From Squalus acanthias (taxonomy: Eukaryota): a stretch of DNA of 64,000 bases. A program made the translations under genes and the position numbers. The notes below the pieces were generated by a model, which ran no database searches, was not told the origin of the DNA, and was given only the letters and a program-made list of their open reading frames with translations. The stretch lies in assembly GCA_030390025.1 (NCBI GenBank), contig CM059431.1:131628001-131692000 (forward strand). Reading direction: 5' to 3'. This document shows positions 61,059 to 64,000 of the stretch, one piece after another (position 1 is the first letter of the stretch; the number at the start of each line of letters is the position of its first letter).

Positions 61059-61527
61059 TCTATCAAAACCTTTCATAATTTTAAAGACCTCTATTAGGTC
61101 ACCCCTCAGCCTTCTCTTTTCAAGAGAAAAGAAACCCAGCCTGTTCATTCTTTCCTGATAGGTATAACCTCGCAGTTCTGGTATCATCCTTGTAAATCTT
61201 TTTTGCACCCTCTCCCATGCCTCTGTATCCTTTTTATAAGATGGCGACCAAAATTGTACGCAGTACTCCAAGTGTGGTCTAACCAAGGTTCGATACAAGT
61301 TTAGCATAACTTCTCTACTTTTCAATTCTGTCCCTCTAGAAATAAACTCTAATGTTTGGTTTGCTTTTGATACGGCCTTATTGACATATGTTGTAACTTT
61401 TAGTGATTGGTGTATTTGTACTCTCAGATCCCTTTGCTCCTCTATCTCATTTAGGTTCTTATTTTCCAAGTAATATGTGACCTTCTTATTTTTCTTCCCA
61501 AAATGTAATACCTCACAGTTATCTATG
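61059..61527 (-). mobile_element. CR1 fragment, 5' half of the host of the 57672-61057 insertion
   Basis: CEVLHFG...IEVFKIMKGFDR joins to TERVFPLVG at 57671. Confidence 0.9.
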
Positions 61528-61699
61528 ATGTAACAATGAAGTGGCAAGTGGAGGCTGGCATTACTGCTGTGATTAATGATTATTTCATGCATTCATCACT
61601 ATCATCAAAGATCTCGTCAACATTGTCACCAGTAAAACGTAAGATGTAATTACACACAAGTTTTACCTTGATTGGCCATTAACAAGCACAAAATTTTGC

Positions 61700-62011
61700 T
61701 GCCCCAGGAAGCTGTGGAAGCTACATCATTAAATAAATTTAAAACAGAAATAGACAGTTTCCTAGAAGTAAAGGGAATTAGGGGTTACGGGGAGCGGGCA
61801 GGAAATTGGACATGAGGCTGAGTTCGGATCGGTCGAGGCCCTGTGAGTGGCATAGCGGGTCCAGGGGCTGAGTGGCCGGGTCCTGCTCCTACTTCTTGTG
61901 TTCTTTAGATTTGAGGTGAGGATCAGATCAGCCATGATCTTATTGAATGGCAGAGCAGGCTCGAAGGGCCGATTGGCCTACTCCTGCTCCTATTTCTTAT
62001 GTTCTTATGTT
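61700..62011 (+). mobile_element. Short CR1 3' fragment of the double-tail family
   Basis: Near-identical to 60700-61050 and to the reverse complement of 39411-39715. Confidence 0.92.
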
Positions 62012-62739
62012 AAAACAGTTTCTTAATTAGCTGTTTGTTAATCCTAGGAATTAGCAGCGAACTGCTAACAGGTAGCCCGTTACCACTTTCAACAGTTTTA
62101 AAAGCTATCTATATTGTTGCTACCAATAGTGACCAGAGGAATTTTGTCCCCTAAGGTTCCTGTTTATAGTGAACTTGGATACAATAAAATTCTATTTTCA
62201 ATGAAAACAGTGTTGTATCCAAAATGACTAAACAGGTCACGAATGGACTGGCATTTTTCTTATAATGAAAAGCTGATTGCTGCTCATAATCAGCCTGAGA
62301 AGAGACCATTTTATGTTTGTTGAAAGTTTATCTCTGAGGTCAATTTCAGGGTTTATCATTCTGTTTAGAAGTTTTGATTCTGTTCCTTCAGGACATTTTT
62401 TTTCTCTCAAATTGTTATTCGTTGATACTTCAGCTTCTTGGTCTAGCAGAAAGCGATTTTTACAGTAAAGCTCATAGAACGAGTTTATATATTTTCATAA
62501 AAAGCAGGGACTGTCACTAGAAATAAGTGAATTATTGAGGGTTTTTTTTTCCATACCAGGTTTTAAGAGAACTCAAATCAGTCAGCCTTTTGTAATGTGA
62601 ATGTGTAATTTTCCATCTAAAGTACTTATTTTTGGACTAGTTTGAGTAAATATTTGACTGAACTCTATAGCTGTTGATTTGACTCTGCCTACATCTGAAT
62701 TGATGTCAACCTCATACTTTCTACACCCACCTTAATCAC

Positions 62740-63400
62740 CCAGCTTCTGAACTAGTAAAACTCCCGATAAAATCGGAGCCAAAAATGTGTAACTTTGCAG
62801 GATCAACAGACCATTTCAAGAAGAAGCTGGCAGTGCAGCCCAAGATCTGTATTCCAGCAGTGTGAGCATTCGTGAGAGATGCTGGCATTAAGTTCTTTGC
62901 AGTAGAGGGTTGTTCTGCAGCTATCCCTGGAATTATCACTTACTCCAAGCTGGACTGCAGAGCATCTATTCCGTGCATCAGTAAACCACACATGTGAGTT
63001 TTGGACTCCTCCAACTAGCTGTCATGTAATGGAAACTCCTAGGCACTCTCCCCAGTGATTCCAACAATTTTTCATGTTCAGAAAGCGTCTTTCTTTTAAA
63101 ATCTGACCCCAGAGATCAGGGTCTTTGCCCTCATCAGCTGCTGATGCATACAATTTCACTTTCTGGCCATCTGCTTCCTGCTTCTCCATGCCAACTCCAG
63201 CTGCTCCTGCACAGCTGTGCACTGTGTTTCATCCAGTGCACTCCTCTCAACTTTACTTTCTAACTCTCCCAGAGTATCTGTACCTGTGCTGCTGCTTACC
63301 AGGGTACGATTGATTGACATGATATGCTGGAAGGTGCACAGTTGCTCCTGTTCACTGACCCCAGCAGCAGCTTCTCTGCCACAATAGAGGGAGAAAAAAT
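62740..63400 (-). pseudogene. Old Harbinger Myb-gene C-terminal relic
   Basis: AADEGKDPDL...DFKRK...HEKLLESL (across a frameshift) resembles AAQDSDEHLDGAAFRRRVMNMHTELLGAM. Confidence 0.45.
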
Positions 63401-63496
63401 GTTACCAACATGTCCTCATTTAAAACTTGGTGACATTTTGCCTATAGTACTGGTGTGGGCCTGCCGTTCATTGTGTGTTTCACTGCCAGTTAATGT

Positions 63497-63906
63497 AGAA
63501 AGAAAGAAACACTTGCATTTATATAGCGCCTTTCACGACCACCGGATGTCTCAAAGCGCTTTACAGCCAATGAAGTACTTTTGAAGTGGAGTCACTGTTG
63601 TAATGTAGGAAACGCAGCAGCCAATTTGCGCACAGTAAGGCTCCCACAAACAGCAATGTGATAATGACCAGATAATCTGTTTTTGTTATGTTGGTTGGGA
63701 TAAATATTGGCCAGGACCCCTGCTCTTCTTCGAAATAGTACCATGGGATCTTTTACATCCACTTGAGAGAGCAGGTTTAATGTCTCATCCGAAAGACGAC
63801 ACCTCCGACAGTGCAGCACTCCCTCAGCACTCCACTGGAGTGTCAGCCTAGCTTTATGTGCTCAAGTCCCGGGAGTGAGACTTGAACCCACAACCTTCTA
63901 ACTCAG
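63497..63906 (-). mobile_element. DeuSINE (SacSINE1-like)
   Basis: Reverse-complement homologue of 24697-25162. Confidence 0.82.
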
Positions 63907-63908
63907 TA

Positions 63909-64000
63909 CAGGAAACTTTCGTTTATCCGGCACCCAAATATCCGGAATTCTCGCTTAACCGGCAAAAATCAGGTAAGTTTTATTATACAGACAAGACCCC
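63909..64000. mobile_element. Possible pogo/Tigger-like element left end
   Basis: TA|CAGGAAACTTTCGTTTATCCGG with repeated TATCCGG/TAACCGG motifs; the other end is outside the window. Confidence 0.4.

Overview
Eukaryotic, repeat-dominated DNA with no host protein-coding exon that I can support. The element families (CR1-clade LINEs with (CTTATGTT)n/(ATTCTATG)n tails, DeuSINE/SacSINE1-like SINEs, a Penelope-like element, Harbinger elements) suggest a cartilaginous fish (shark/ray); this is inferred from recalled family sequences. Contents: many CR1 copies, including one near-full-length (39411-44412, -) and one with an uninterrupted 983-aa ORF2 (57863-60814, +); L2/CR1-group LINE relics with partner SINEs; a 5'-truncated Penelope-like element (PLE) with minimal hammerhead ribozymes (6398-8022); Harbinger Myb/SANT-like genes and many Harbinger-type MITEs; and two short rRNA-derived inserts. 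The most notable feature is at 46568-46800. This TSD-flanked palindromic insertion has an 18S rRNA fragment joined to the PLE 3' end exactly at the predicted hammerhead cleavage site, with the same junction in both arms. It suggests that a ribozyme-released ~96-nt PLE RNA was fused to a cellular RNA and then retrotransposed. Also notable are repeated Harbinger insertions into CR1 3' microsatellite tails and an apparent ORF1 swap between closely related CR1 ORF2 lineages. Family assignments are from motif recognition and memory, not database searches, and boundaries of old elements are approximate.
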